A stretch of DNA of 64,000 bases, taken from positions 460-64,459 of the forward strand of contig JBKOZS010000054.1 in the NCBI GenBank assembly GCA_046726015.1. The letters run 5' to 3'. Positions within the stretch are counted from its first letter, which is position 1. Every line of letters begins with the position of its first letter. Origin of the DNA: Acidobacteriota bacterium (GTDB taxonomy: Bacteria > Acidobacteriota > Vicinamibacteria > Vicinamibacterales > 2-12-FULL-66-21). Below are positions 23,333 through 33,204 of the stretch, piece by piece. The position numbers and the translations under genes are program-made. Under the pieces are notes generated by a model. That model saw only the letters and a program-made list of their open reading frames with translations. It did not search any database and was not told the DNA's origin.

Positions 23333-26238
23333 CAGAATGCGAACTTCAGCCCAAGCTGCATCAGGCGCTGATCGTAGCCGCTCTTGCCGTTCGTCGGGTA
23401 ATCCGACCCGTCCAGCGGGATACTGCCGGTCACATTCCCCAACGCATCGGTCGTGATCACGCGGTTCACGCCCGCGATGTTTTCCGTGTTGAACAGGTTC
23501 TTCACTTCGACGAACAGCTCGAGGCGCTGCTCGGCCGTCAACGGGACGAACCGCGAGTACCGCAGGTCGAAGTTGAACACGCGCCCGAGCCGGCCGGCGT
23601 TGCGCTCGAGGTCGTTGGGCCGATCGTTCAGCACGCCGTCGCCGTTCAAATCCAGCGTCGAGCGGATGTTGAACGGCAGCCCGCTGTTGGCCTGCAGGAT
23701 GATCCCGAGCTGGTTGTTATTGAGGATCGCCGCGCCTTTCGTGGAAGACGACACGGCCGGCGCAATCACCGTGGATAGTGCGAACGTGTGCGCCTGGTGG
23801 AACGGGGTGACGCCCTTCTCGCGATCGAGGTTCGACGGATCCGACACGCGGTCGTCAGCGCTGCCGACGACATAGGTGCCGGTGAGCGGCGCATTGTCCT
23901 CGCCGTGCGCGAACGTGTAGGTCGCCTGCGCCTGCCAGCCGTTCAGCATCCGCTTCGTCAGCGTCGTGGTGAACGCGTTGTAGGTGGCCTCGCCGATTGA
24001 CTTGAACACGTTGACGTGATCGAACGTGGGATCGACGCGCGTGGCGGAGGACACCTGCGTCGAAAAGATCGGACGGCCGTCGGGCAGCGTTCGTCCGGTC
24101 GGAATCAGGTTCGTGTCCATCAGCACGGGCAGATTGCGACCGATCGAATTGACGTATCCGACCGAGACGGCGAGGTCGTTGCGCAAGGCGCGCTCGACCT
24201 GCACGTTGCTCAACCACGCGTGCTGCGTCCGGAAGTCGGGGTCTACCCCGATGATGCTCTGGCGCGGCAGCACGAACGTGGAGGGCACGTTGGCCAGGCT
24301 CGCGGGGAATGGCGGCGCGCCGGCGCTCGTGCCGGAAATCGAGACCGAGAAGCTGGCGGGATCGCCATTCTGCAGGATGGCGTTGTCGTAGAAATCGAGG
24401 AGCGGCGGCTCGTACATCAAGCCAACCGACGCACGCACGACGGTCTTTGCCGAGTCGTCAACGGCCCACGAAAGTCCTGCACGCGGCCCGAAGTTGTTCC
24501 TGTCGACCGTGAAATCCTGCGACAAGGGGTTCGCCGCGAAAGGACGCGCCGAGGGCACGTCGAACAGATCGTAACGAATCCCGTACAACACCTTCAGCTG
24601 CGGCGTCAGCTGCCAGTCGTCCTGGACGAAGAGACCGTAGAACGCCGAGTCGTACGACGCCTGCAGGTTGCCGAACACCTGCTGCAGCGTCGAATAGCCA
24701 AACGGACTGGCGCCGCTCTTCGCCGCCTGGTATGCCGCTGTCGTCGGGAACGTGTAAACGAACTGTTCGCCGCGCACGCGTTTGTCGCCCACGAACTGCG
24801 CGTCGACGCCCCCCTTCAGCGCATGCTTCCCGCGCATCCAGCTGACGTTGTCGATGACCTGCGTGATCCCCTGGTTGAAGTCGAAGCCGACGGAATTCGT
24901 GTCCCCCAGGCGCGCGCCGCCGAACTGCGCAGCGCCTGACACCGTGATGGCCGGCCCATCGACCGAGATCCCCTGCGTGCGGAACTGATGACGACGAGCG
25001 TACTGGACGCGCAGCTCGTTCAACAGGCTGTATCCGATGGTCGAGACCAGCTGCCCCGACACCGAATCCATGCGGTCGGTGAAATCGGTCGCGCGATCCG
25101 TGGTCGTGAGGCCGCCGCCGATGTTCGACGGCGAGAAGTTCTTGAAGAGGAAGTACCGTACCGCGAGATGATTGGCGTTGTTGATCTGGTAGTCGGTCTT
25201 CCCGAAGCCGAAGTTCACCTTCTGGTGTGCCGGGATGACGCCATCGGCCGGAAGCGAGATGCCAAGTGCCGCGGCATTCTCCGGCGTGACGGTGATGACC
25301 TGCCCGCCCGTCACGAGGCTGCGATCGACGAACTCGTAGGCGCCGTAGTAATGCCAGCGATCACGCTGGAGCGGTCCGCCGAGCGTTGCCGTAAAGTCGT
25401 TGGCCTCGGTGTCGGGCTTCCGCGCGTTCGGCGCGAGGAAGAACGGCTTCGCTGAAAACGGATTGCGCTTGAACCGAAAACTCGCCGTGCCGTGGACATC
25501 GTTGGTGCCCGACGGCGTGATCGCGTTGTAGACCATGCCGGTTGTCTGGCCGAACTCGGGTGCGAACCCGTTCGTGATCACCTTCACTTCGCGTACCAGC
25601 ACTTCAGAGACCGGCAACAGGCGAAGCCCGGCGCGATCCTTTTCAGTGTTCGTGTTCCCATCGAGCTGGTAATTCGTGTGCATCTGGCTGCCGTTCGCGT
25701 TGATGCGCGGCACGCCGAACTCGTTGTTCTCGTAGCCCGTCACGTTCGCCTGGAGAAAGGCGAAGTTGTACGGGTTGCGCGACACGAGCGGGAGGTTCTT
25801 CACCTCGGTTTCCCCGATCGTCCTGCCCAGATCGATCTTGCCGGGCTGCGCGACGGGGGACTCCCCCGTCACCGTAATCGTCTCCGATACGTTGCCCACG
25901 CTGAGGGTGACGTTGATGAGCGCCGTCTGTCCGGCGGAGAGGCTGACCCCCTGCTGCTCGAACTTCTTGAAGCCTTGCAGTTCCGCCGCGACCTGGTATG
26001 TGCCTAACGGCAGGAGGGGTGCGCGATACACGCCCTCTTCGTTCGTGACGACGACGCGCTGCGCGCCGGTGTCGGTGTTGGTGACGGTCACGGTGACGCC
26101 CGGAAGGACTGCCCCGCTGTTATCCCTGACCGTGCCCTCGATGCTGCCATTGATCGCCTGCGACTGCGCCGCGACGGGCAGCGCGGTCGCCAGGACCGTC
26201 ATGGCCACGAACGTCCGTGCGAGCCACACACGAATCAT
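23332..26238 (-). CDS. TonB-dependent outer-membrane receptor with N-terminal carboxypeptidase-regulatory-like domain
   Basis: 968 aa. Signal peptide, then GSIEGTVRDNSGAVLPGVTVTVTNTDTGA..G.Y (CarboxypepD_reg), a long beta-barrel and a terminal ..GLKFAF. AGGAGG lies 8 nt upstream of the ATG. Confidence 0.9.
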   Translation of the reverse strand: MIRVWLARTFVAMTVLATALPVAAQSQAINGSIEGTVRDNSGAVLPGVTVTVTNTDTGAQRVVVTNEEGVYRAPLLPLGTYQVAAELQGFKKFEQQGVSLSAGQTALINVTLSVGNVSETITVTGESPVAQPGKIDLGRTIGETEVKNLPLVSRNPYNFAFLQANVTGYENNEFGVPRINANGSQMHTNYQLDGNTNTEKDRAGLRLLPVSEVLVREVKVITNGFAPEFGQTTGMVYNAITPSGTNDVHGTASFRFKRNPFSAKPFFLAPNARKPDTEANDFTATLGGPLQRDRWHYYGAYEFVDRSLVTGGQVITVTPENAAALGISLPADGVIPAHQKVNFGFGKTDYQINNANHLAVRYFLFKNFSPSNIGGGLTTTDRATDFTDRMDSVSGQLVSTIGYSLLNELRVQYARRHQFRTQGISVDGPAITVSGAAQFGGARLGDTNSVGFDFNQGITQVIDNVSWMRGKHALKGGVDAQFVGDKRVRGEQFVYTFPTTAAYQAAKSGASPFGYSTLQQVFGNLQASYDSAFYGLFVQDDWQLTPQLKVLYGIRYDLFDVPSARPFAANPLSQDFTVDRNNFGPRAGLSWAVDDSAKTVVRASVGLMYEPPLLDFYDNAILQNGDPASFSVSISGTSAGAPPFPASLANVPSTFVLPRQSIIGVDPDFRTQHAWLSNVQVERALRNDLAVSVGYVNSIGRNLPVLMDTNLIPTGRTLPDGRPIFSTQVSSATRVDPTFDHVNVFKSIGEATYNAFTTTLTKRMLNGWQAQATYTFAHGEDNAPLTGTYVVGSADDRVSDPSNLDREKGVTPFHQAHTFALSTVIAPAVSSSTKGAAILNNNQLGIILQANSGLPFNIRSTLDLNGDGVLNDRPNDLERNAGRLGRVFNFDLRYSRFVPLTAEQRLELFVEVKNLFNTENIAGVNRVITTDALGNVTGSIPLDGSDYPTNGKSGYDQRLMQLGLKFAF

Positions 26239-26440
26239 GAAGTGGACCTCCTAATAAACGTGGGGCTCCGCCCCACACCCGGCCCGGTCGCTCGCGGGGA
26301 CCCCTGCGCCCCGCTCCGCTCCCTCGCACGCGCGCTGTGCGCGCCGCCGTTATGCGGCTCGCCGCGAGCTATCCAGGTTAGCGTTGCGAACCGCACAACG
26401 GATTAATAACTAATTGGAGACTAAGACGCTTGGTTATACA

Positions 26441-28792
26441 ATGCCGGTTGCAACCGTCCCCGGGTTGCTGCTTTTCCCAGTGCCCACGGCCCCAAACTCG
26501 CCACTCGCGGAGAAGACACCCGCGCGTCCGCGGACCGCAAAAGGCGGCCATCGCGGCTGGAAGTTCTATGCCCTGATCGCCGGCGCCGCCGCCCTCGTCC
26601 TCTTTGGCGGCACCGTGGCCTACTTCTACGTGACCTTCTCGCGCATGATCGATGCGCGAATGCACGGCGAGTTCCAGCGTGCCGATCCGCGCATTTTCGC
26701 GCGCCCGTTTACGCTCCGTCGCGGCCAGCGTATCACCCAGCAGCAGACAATCGACCGGTTGAACGAACTCGGCTATGCGCAGCGCCCGCGCGCGCAAATG
26801 CACGGCGAATTCGCGATTGGACGCGATGCGCTGGCGGTGGTGCCACGTGCGGGGGACCGCCGGGGCCAGGTCCTACGTCTCGTGTATGCCGCGTCGAAAA
26901 CGGGGACGGGCGGGCTCATCAATATCGAGGTGCCCTCGAAGAAACAGTCCATTGAGTCGCTGGCCTTCGATGCGCCGCTCATCACCGCGCTGGTCACCGG
27001 CGGACGCGAGAAGCGGCGCGACGTGCCGCTCGCGGCGATTCCACCGCGCATGATCCAGGCGGTCGTGGCCATCGAGGATCGACGGTTCTACGACCACCCC
27101 GGTGTCGACATCATCGGCACGACGCGCGCGGTGCTGACGAATATCTTCGGCAGCAGGAAATATCTGAGCGGCGGCAGCACGATCACGCAGCAGCTCGTAA
27201 GAAACACGTTCCTGACACAGGAGAAGTCGCTCAAGCGCAAATTTACTGAATGGTTCATGTCGGTCGCGCTCGAGCGGCGCCTCACGAAGGATCAGATCCT
27301 CGAGCTGTATCTGAATGACGTGTGGCTCGGGCAGCGCGGATCGTTCGCGATTCACGGTGTGCCGGAAGCGGCGCGCCTCTTCTTCGCGAAGGACGTGAGC
27401 AACCTGTCACTGGTCGAAGCGGCGACGATCGCCGGAGTCATCCAGGCGCCGCCGCGCTACTCCCCGTTCAACAATCCGGACCGCACGAAGGAACGGCGCA
27501 ACGTCGTCCTCCACGCGATGCAGGAATCCGGGTTCATCAGTCCGGATGCCGAGCAGCGCGCCACGCTCGAGCCGGTGCAGATCGTCGCGCGCGCGCTCGA
27601 GTCCGAAGCGCCGTACTTCGTCGATTACGTCAGCCAGGAGCTGCAGGACCACAGCAAGGCCACCGGCGCGGTTGATGTGTACACGACGCTCGACCTGCAG
27701 CTGCAGCGCATCGCGCAGGATGCGGTGCGTGACGGCCTGACGCGCGTCGACGAGATCCTCGCGCGGCGGAAACGGCGTTTCCCGCAGGCCGCGTTGATTG
27801 CCGTGGATCCGCGCAGCGGCGAGATTCTCGCGATGGTGGGCGGACGGTCCTACAACCAGTCGCAATACAACCGCGCGGTCAGCGCGCGACGCCAACCGGG
27901 ATCGGTGTTCAAGCCGTTCGTCTACCTCGCGGCATTCGAGCGAGCGCAGGCCGAGGGACGGACCGACATCACGCCCGCAACGGTCGTCCTTGACGAGCCG
28001 ACGGCGTTTACTTTCAACCAGCAGACCTGGTCGCCGAGCAATTACGAGAACGAATACGACGGGCCGATTACCCTCCGTCGGGCGCTCGCGATGTCGCGCA
28101 ACATCGCCACCATCAAGGTCGCTGAATCCACGGGGTACGACACGGTCGCGGCGTTGTGGCGCCGCGTCGGCGCCGGAACGCCGCCGCGTCCCTACCCGTC
28201 CATTGCCCTGGGCGTGTTCGAAGCGTCACCGCTCGAAATCGCGTCCGCCTATACCATCTTTCCGAATGGCGGCACGCTGCGCCCGCTCCGCGCGATCACG
28301 CGCATTGTCAACAGCGGCAAGGACCTCGCGGTCGACGTGTCGCCCGCCAAGTCTGTCGCGCGTCGCGACACGACCTTCCTCGTCACGAATATGATGCGCA
28401 GCGTGCTGAACGAGGGCACGGGCGCTGCCGCGCGCGCCGGCGGGTTCACCGTTGATGGCGCCGGCAAGTCGGGAACGACCAACGACCTCCGGGATGCGTG
28501 GTTCGTAGGCTTCACGCCGGAGCTCCTCACCGTCGTCTGGGTCGGGCTCGACGACAACCAGGCGCTCGGCCTGAGCGGCAGCCAGGCTGCGCTTCCGATC
28601 TGGACCCAGTTCATGACCCGCGCGCTCGCGGGACGCGGCAATGTCTCGTTCGAAGCGCCGGAAGGGGTCACGTTCGTAGATATCGACCGCGATACCGGCA
28701 AGCTCGCCGCGCCGGCCTGCCCGCGGATCTATCGCGAAGCGTTCCTCGTCGGCACCGAACCGACTGAGACTTGCCCCGTTCATCATTACTGA
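26441..28792 (+). CDS. bifunctional class A penicillin-binding protein (PBP1A-type glycosyltransferase/transpeptidase)
   Basis: GT51 motifs (EDRRFYDHPGVD, GGSTITQQLVRN). Transpeptidase motifs SVFKPFVY, SRN and KSGTT. N-terminal TM anchor. The track start at 26414 is a TTG 9 codons upstream of ATG 26441. Confidence 0.9.
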   Translation: MPVATVPGLLLFPVPTAPNSPLAEKTPARPRTAKGGHRGWKFYALIAGAAALVLFGGTVAYFYVTFSRMIDARMHGEFQRADPRIFARPFTLRRGQRITQQQTIDRLNELGYAQRPRAQMHGEFAIGRDALAVVPRAGDRRGQVLRLVYAASKTGTGGLINIEVPSKKQSIESLAFDAPLITALVTGGREKRRDVPLAAIPPRMIQAVVAIEDRRFYDHPGVDIIGTTRAVLTNIFGSRKYLSGGSTITQQLVRNTFLTQEKSLKRKFTEWFMSVALERRLTKDQILELYLNDVWLGQRGSFAIHGVPEAARLFFAKDVSNLSLVEAATIAGVIQAPPRYSPFNNPDRTKERRNVVLHAMQESGFISPDAEQRATLEPVQIVARALESEAPYFVDYVSQELQDHSKATGAVDVYTTLDLQLQRIAQDAVRDGLTRVDEILARRKRRFPQAALIAVDPRSGEILAMVGGRSYNQSQYNRAVSARRQPGSVFKPFVYLAAFERAQAEGRTDITPATVVLDEPTAFTFNQQTWSPSNYENEYDGPITLRRALAMSRNIATIKVAESTGYDTVAALWRRVGAGTPPRPYPSIALGVFEASPLEIASAYTIFPNGGTLRPLRAITRIVNSGKDLAVDVSPAKSVARRDTTFLVTNMMRSVLNEGTGAAARAGGFTVDGAGKSGTTNDLRDAWFVGFTPELLTVVWVGLDDNQALGLSGSQAALPIWTQFMTRALAGRGNVSFEAPEGVTFVDIDRDTGKLAAPACPRIYREAFLVGTEPTETCPVHHY

Positions 28793-28872
28793 GCAGGTCC
28801 GGCGCACACCCGCCCCCGCGCGACACAACCCACTCCACCTGTTACAATTAAGCGCTTCCCCTATCTAATGAG

Positions 28873-29937
28873 GTGTACGTGAAGCTCAAGTTTTCTGCCT
28901 GTATTCTGATTGGCGCGCTGTGCGTGATCGCATGCCGCAAAGCTCCTGCCGCCAACGCGCAGGGCTCGACGACCGCGGCCACTTCCGGCCAGGCGGGCGC
29001 GGCCCCGTCGGGACAGCCGGCAACACCGCCCGCACCACCCAAGCCAGTACCGGCCCAGCTCCCAGAGGTTGTGGCCCGCGTCAACGGCGAAGCCGTGAAG
29101 AAGTCGGACTTCGAGCGGATGATCAAGACCATGGAGGCGCAGGCCAGGCAGCAGATCCCGGCCGATCGCCGCGACGAAATCCTGCGCGGCGCGCTCGACC
29201 GGCTGGTCGTCTATACCTTGCTCTCGCAGGAAAGCGCCAAGCGTGGCATCAAGGTCGATGAATCGGAAATCGATCAGAAGGTCGATGGGCTGAAGAAGCA
29301 GTTTCCCAACCCTGAAGCGTTTTCGAAGGCGCTTGCCGAACGCGGCATGACGCTCGAAAGCCTGAAGCACGATGCCCGGAAGGATTTGAGCGTCACGAAG
29401 CTCATGGACGCGGAACTGGCGGCCGAACCGGCGCCGAGCGACGAGGACATCAAGACCTTCTACGACAAGAATCCCGAACGCTTCAAGGAAGGGGAAAAGG
29501 TGCGGGCGAGCCACATCCTGATTCGCGTCGACCAGAAGGCTCGCGACGCCGAGAAAAAGAAGGCGCGCTCGGAGATTGACTCCGTACTCAAGGAGGCCAA
29601 GGCGGGCGGCGACTTTGCCCAGCTGGCGCAGAAGCACTCACAGGATGGCAGCGCGTCGCAGGGGGGCGATCTGAACTACTTCACGCGCGAGCAGATGGTG
29701 CCGGAATTCTCGAAGGTGGCCTTCGAGCTCAAGCCGGGTCAAGTCAGCGACATCGTGGAGACACAGTTCGGTTATCACATCATCAAGGTTGTCGATCACC
29801 AGGCGGCGCGCACGGTTCCGTTCGAGCAGGTGAACGCGCAGATCAAGCAGTTCCTCGGCAACCAGAAGAAACAGCAGCACGCCGACACGTTCATCGACAG
29901 CCTGAAGAAGAAGTCCAAGATCGAGGTCCTCATCTGA
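28873..29937 (+). CDS. parvulin-type peptidyl-prolyl cis-trans isomerase (SurA/PrsA-like lipoprotein)
   Basis: PpiC domain (RASHILIRV...FGYHIIKV). The N-terminal ..LIGALCVIAC looks like a lipoprotein signal. In-frame GTG 28879 preceded by GAGG is an alternative start. Confidence 0.85.
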   Translation: MYVKLKFSACILIGALCVIACRKAPAANAQGSTTAATSGQAGAAPSGQPATPPAPPKPVPAQLPEVVARVNGEAVKKSDFERMIKTMEAQARQQIPADRRDEILRGALDRLVVYTLLSQESAKRGIKVDESEIDQKVDGLKKQFPNPEAFSKALAERGMTLESLKHDARKDLSVTKLMDAELAAEPAPSDEDIKTFYDKNPERFKEGEKVRASHILIRVDQKARDAEKKKARSEIDSVLKEAKAGGDFAQLAQKHSQDGSASQGGDLNYFTREQMVPEFSKVAFELKPGQVSDIVETQFGYHIIKVVDHQAARTVPFEQVNAQIKQFLGNQKKQQHADTFIDSLKKKSKIEVLI

Positions 29938-29945
29938 ACGAAGAG

Positions 29946-30752
29946 GTGCTGCCGGCCGCTGCGTCAGCGCTCGAGCGCGGCGAGCCCGCCGCGCTGGTGA
30001 CGATCGTGCGCGCCAGCGGCTCCACGCCGCAGCGGACGGGTGCCAAGATGCTCGTATATGCCGACGGGCGGACGGTCGGCACGATCGGCGGTGGATGCTA
30101 CGAGAACGACGCGCTGGGAAAGGCCCGCGAGGCGATCGCCACGGGCAAGCCGGCGCTCGTTCGTTACGATCTGAACGACGATTTCGTCCAGGAGTCCGGC
30201 CTTATTTGCGGAGGGCAGATGGAGGTCTACATCGATCCCATCGCGCCGGCGCCGCGCCTCTACATCATCGGTGCCGGCCATGTCGGCTTCCACCTCGCGC
30301 GTGCGGCTGCTGACAGCGGATTCCGCATTCATGTCGTCGACGACCGCGAGAAGTTCGCCAACGCTGAGCGCTTCCCTTCCGCCGACGCCATCGTCGTTGA
30401 AGACATCGCCGACTGGCTGCACCAGGCCGAACTTCCACCGAGCGCGTACGTCGTCGTCGTGACGCGCGGGCACACGCACGATTTGGATGCGTTGCGCGCG
30501 CTCGCGGCCCGCGACCTCAGGTACCTGGGATTGATCGGCAGCCGCGCCAAGGTGGCGCGCGTGTTCGACGCGCTGACCGCCGAGGGTATGCCTGCCGAAT
30601 GCCTCGCGCGCGTGCACGCGCCGATCGGCCTCGACATCGGCGCGATTACACCCGCCGAGATCGCCATCAGCATCCTCGCAGAGCTCATTGCCGTCCGTCA
30701 CGGGAAAGACGTCGCCCCCCTGTCGATGAAATGGCAGCGGGCGGTACGCTAA
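29946..30752 (+). CDS. XdhC/CoxI-family accessory protein (Mo-cofactor insertion chaperone-like)
   Basis: 268 aa. N-terminal XdhC_CoxI block (LVTIVRASGSTPQRTGAKMLV..GTIGGGC) and a Rossmann-like C-terminal half (LYIIGAGHVGFHLA). Confidence 0.85.
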   Translation: MLPAAASALERGEPAALVTIVRASGSTPQRTGAKMLVYADGRTVGTIGGGCYENDALGKAREAIATGKPALVRYDLNDDFVQESGLICGGQMEVYIDPIAPAPRLYIIGAGHVGFHLARAAADSGFRIHVVDDREKFANAERFPSADAIVVEDIADWLHQAELPPSAYVVVVTRGHTHDLDALRALAARDLRYLGLIGSRAKVARVFDALTAEGMPAECLARVHAPIGLDIGAITPAEIAISILAELIAVRHGKDVAPLSMKWQRAVR

Positions 30753-32062
30753 TCCGAAACGCCACCATCGTCACCATGAACGATGCGCTGGACATCGTCC
30801 GGGGCGCCGTGTCGATCCGCGATGGGCGCATCGTGTCAGTCGGACCCGAGCCCGCGGACGCGCACGAAACGGTCATCGACGCGCAGCGCGACTACCTGCT
30901 ACCAGGCCTCATCCAGACGCACGTCCATCTCTGCCAAACACTGTTTCGCGGTTACGCCGACGACATGCCGCTGCTCGAATGGCTGCGACGACGGGTCTGG
31001 CCGATGGAAGCGGCGCACACGCCCGATACGCTCCGCGCCTCGGCACGGCTCGCGGCCAGCGAACTGCTCCTCAGCGGGACCACCACCGCGCTCACCATGG
31101 AGACGGTGCACGACACCGACGTCGTGTTCGATACGCTCGACCGCATGGGGATGCGTGCCGTCGTTGGCAAGTGCATGATGGATTCCGACCGCGAGGTCCC
31201 GAAGCGCCTTCAAGAGCGGACGCGCGATTCGATCGATGAGAGCGTCGCGCTGCGGACGCGGTGGGATGGCAAGGGGCGCGGACGGTTGCGCGCGGCGTTC
31301 GCACCACGCTTTGCCGTCTCGTGCTCACGAGAGCTACTCGAGGCGGTGGCCGATCTATCGGCGCGCGAGCGCGTCATCGTGCACACGCACGCCTCCGAAA
31401 ACCGAGAGGAGATCGAAGTGGTCCGCCGCATCTCCGGCGGGATGAGCAACCTCGAGTACCTCGCGGATACGGGACTCGCCACACCTCACTTGTGCACGGC
31501 GCATTGCGTGTGGGTCTCCGACGCGGAACAGGCCCTCCTCGCTGAGCGGAACGTCAAGGTGCTGCACTGCCCCAGCTCGAACCTGAAACTCGGTTCCGGG
31601 CTTGCGCCGGTCACCGAGATGCGCGCGCGCGGCGTCTCGGTCTCCCTCGGTGCCGATGGCGCAGCGTGCAACAACCGTCTCGACATGTTCGAGGAGATGC
31701 GGCTCGCCGCGACACTGCAGGCCGTCCGCGTCCGGCCCGGCGCGTTGACTGCCAGAGATGCGCTATGGATGGCCACTCGCGAAGGTGCAAAGGCACTGGG
31801 CCTCGAGGCAGAGGTTGGATCCATCGAACCGCGTAAACGAGCGGACCTCATCCTTATTAATTGCCGCGGTCCTCACGTCGCGCCCGACCCGGACCCATGG
31901 TCCACGCTGGTCTATGCGGCGCGGGGCACCGACGTACGGATGACCATGGTCGACGGGGAGATCCTGGTGCGCGACTTCAGCCTGACGCGCGAGGACGCTG
32001 CCGGGATCGCGGCGGAAGCTCGTCAGTCCGCACGGATCCTCGCCGCGCGAGCCGGACTGTGA
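30731..32062 (+). CDS. metal-dependent amidohydrolase/deaminase of the MtaD/TRZ-ATZ/guanine-deaminase-like group
   Basis: ATG 30731 gives MAAGGTLIRNATIVTMND...GLIQTHVHLCQTLFRG (HxH metal motif), later HASE and LGADG blocks. It overlaps the xdhC 3' end by 22 nt. The track ORF from 30599 is an upstream extension. Confidence 0.85.
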   Translation: MAAGGTLIRNATIVTMNDALDIVRGAVSIRDGRIVSVGPEPADAHETVIDAQRDYLLPGLIQTHVHLCQTLFRGYADDMPLLEWLRRRVWPMEAAHTPDTLRASARLAASELLLSGTTTALTMETVHDTDVVFDTLDRMGMRAVVGKCMMDSDREVPKRLQERTRDSIDESVALRTRWDGKGRGRLRAAFAPRFAVSCSRELLEAVADLSARERVIVHTHASENREEIEVVRRISGGMSNLEYLADTGLATPHLCTAHCVWVSDAEQALLAERNVKVLHCPSSNLKLGSGLAPVTEMRARGVSVSLGADGAACNNRLDMFEEMRLAATLQAVRVRPGALTARDALWMATREGAKALGLEAEVGSIEPRKRADLILINCRGPHVAPDPDPWSTLVYAARGTDVRMTMVDGEILVRDFSLTREDAAGIAAEARQSARILAARAGL

Positions 32063-32115
32063 ACGCATCGCGGCTCGCACTTCGGGGCATGGCGCCTCGG
32101 CTGTCCGACCTCGGT

Positions 32116-32121
32116 TATAAT
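32116..32121 (+). promoter_or_regulatory. candidate -10 box TATAAT of the hrcA operon
   Basis: A perfect TATAAT lies 3 nt upstream of the CIRCE element. I saw no convincing -35. Confidence 0.5.
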
Positions 32122-32124
32122 GAC

Positions 32125-32151
32125 TTAGCACTCCCCGGCGGCGAGTGCTAA
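32125..32151 (+). promoter_or_regulatory. CIRCE operator (HrcA binding site)
   Basis: TTAGCACTC-cccggcggc-GAGTGCTAA is a perfect match to the TTAGCACTC-N9-GAGTGCTAA consensus. It ends 6 nt upstream of the hrcA ATG. Confidence 0.93.
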
Positions 32152-32157
32152 GTATCC

Positions 32158-33198
32158 ATGACCCGACATCCTGAGCTACCCGAACGAGATAGACGAATTC
32201 TCGCGGCGCTGGTGCAGGCCTATATCGAACACGGCGAGCCGATCTCGTCCCTCTGGCTCGCCAGCCGCGGCTTTGGTGTGTCCTCGGCCACGCTTCGCAA
32301 CGTGATGGCCCGGCTCGAGGAGCAGGGCTACGTACGTCAGCCGCACACGTCGGCCGGTCGCGTGCCAACCGACATGGGGTATCGCAGTTACGTCGACCAG
32401 TTGATGGCCGAGCGCAGGAGCGCGCGGCCTGCGCCGGAGGTCGAAGAACGGCTGCGGCGCGCGGGCACCGTGGACGATGTGCTGTCACATGCGTCCCACG
32501 AGATTTCGCGCGCGTCGCACCAGGTCGGGTTCGCGATTGCGCCCGCGACGGACGTGACGTTCGAGCATCTCGATTTCGTCCTGCTCGAGGCGCGCAAGAT
32601 CCTCGTCGTGCTCATCTCGGCCGGCGGCCAGATCTCGCACAAGGTGATCGAGCCCAGCGAGCCCTACGAACGCGAGGAACTGCAGCAGGCGGCGAACTAC
32701 ATCAATGCGGAGTTCAAGGGAAGGACCCTCAGCGAACTGCGTCAGAGCGTGATGGAGCTCCTTCGAGAGGAACGCACGCTGTACGACCAGTTGATGGCGC
32801 GCGCATTGCGTCTCGCAAGCACGACGTTCGAGGGACTCGAACCGCAGCCGTCGATCTACATCATGGGCACATCGCTGTTGCTCGACATCGCTGGCTCGGA
32901 CGATCCTGAGACGACGTTGGCAACCATGCGGACGCTCGTGCGCATGATGGAAGAGAAGACGCGGCTCGTCCAGTTGATCGACGCGTGCATGGATGGCACG
33001 GGATTGACCGTGGTCATCGGATCGGAACATCGCGACCCGGACCTGCAGCGCTTCAGCGTCGTGACATCGACCTATACCGACGGCCGCCGCACGGGTACCG
33101 TCGGGATCATCGGCCCGACGCGGATGCGGTACTCGCGAACGATCAACGTCGTGGACAGCTTGTCGCGAGTCATCAACAAGGTCCTCGAAAAATCGTAA
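32158..33198 (+). CDS. hrcA: heat-inducible transcription repressor HrcA
   Basis: 346 aa. N-terminal winged-helix region (RDRRILAALVQAYIEHGEPISS) and the CIRCE/grpE/dnaJ context. Confidence 0.95.
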   Translation: MTRHPELPERDRRILAALVQAYIEHGEPISSLWLASRGFGVSSATLRNVMARLEEQGYVRQPHTSAGRVPTDMGYRSYVDQLMAERRSARPAPEVEERLRRAGTVDDVLSHASHEISRASHQVGFAIAPATDVTFEHLDFVLLEARKILVVLISAGGQISHKVIEPSEPYEREELQQAANYINAEFKGRTLSELRQSVMELLREERTLYDQLMARALRLASTTFEGLEPQPSIYIMGTSLLLDIAGSDDPETTLATMRTLVRMMEEKTRLVQLIDACMDGTGLTVVIGSEHRDPDLQRFSVVTSTYTDGRRTGTVGIIGPTRMRYSRTINVVDSLSRVINKVLEKS

Positions 33199-33204
33199 GA
33201 AGCC

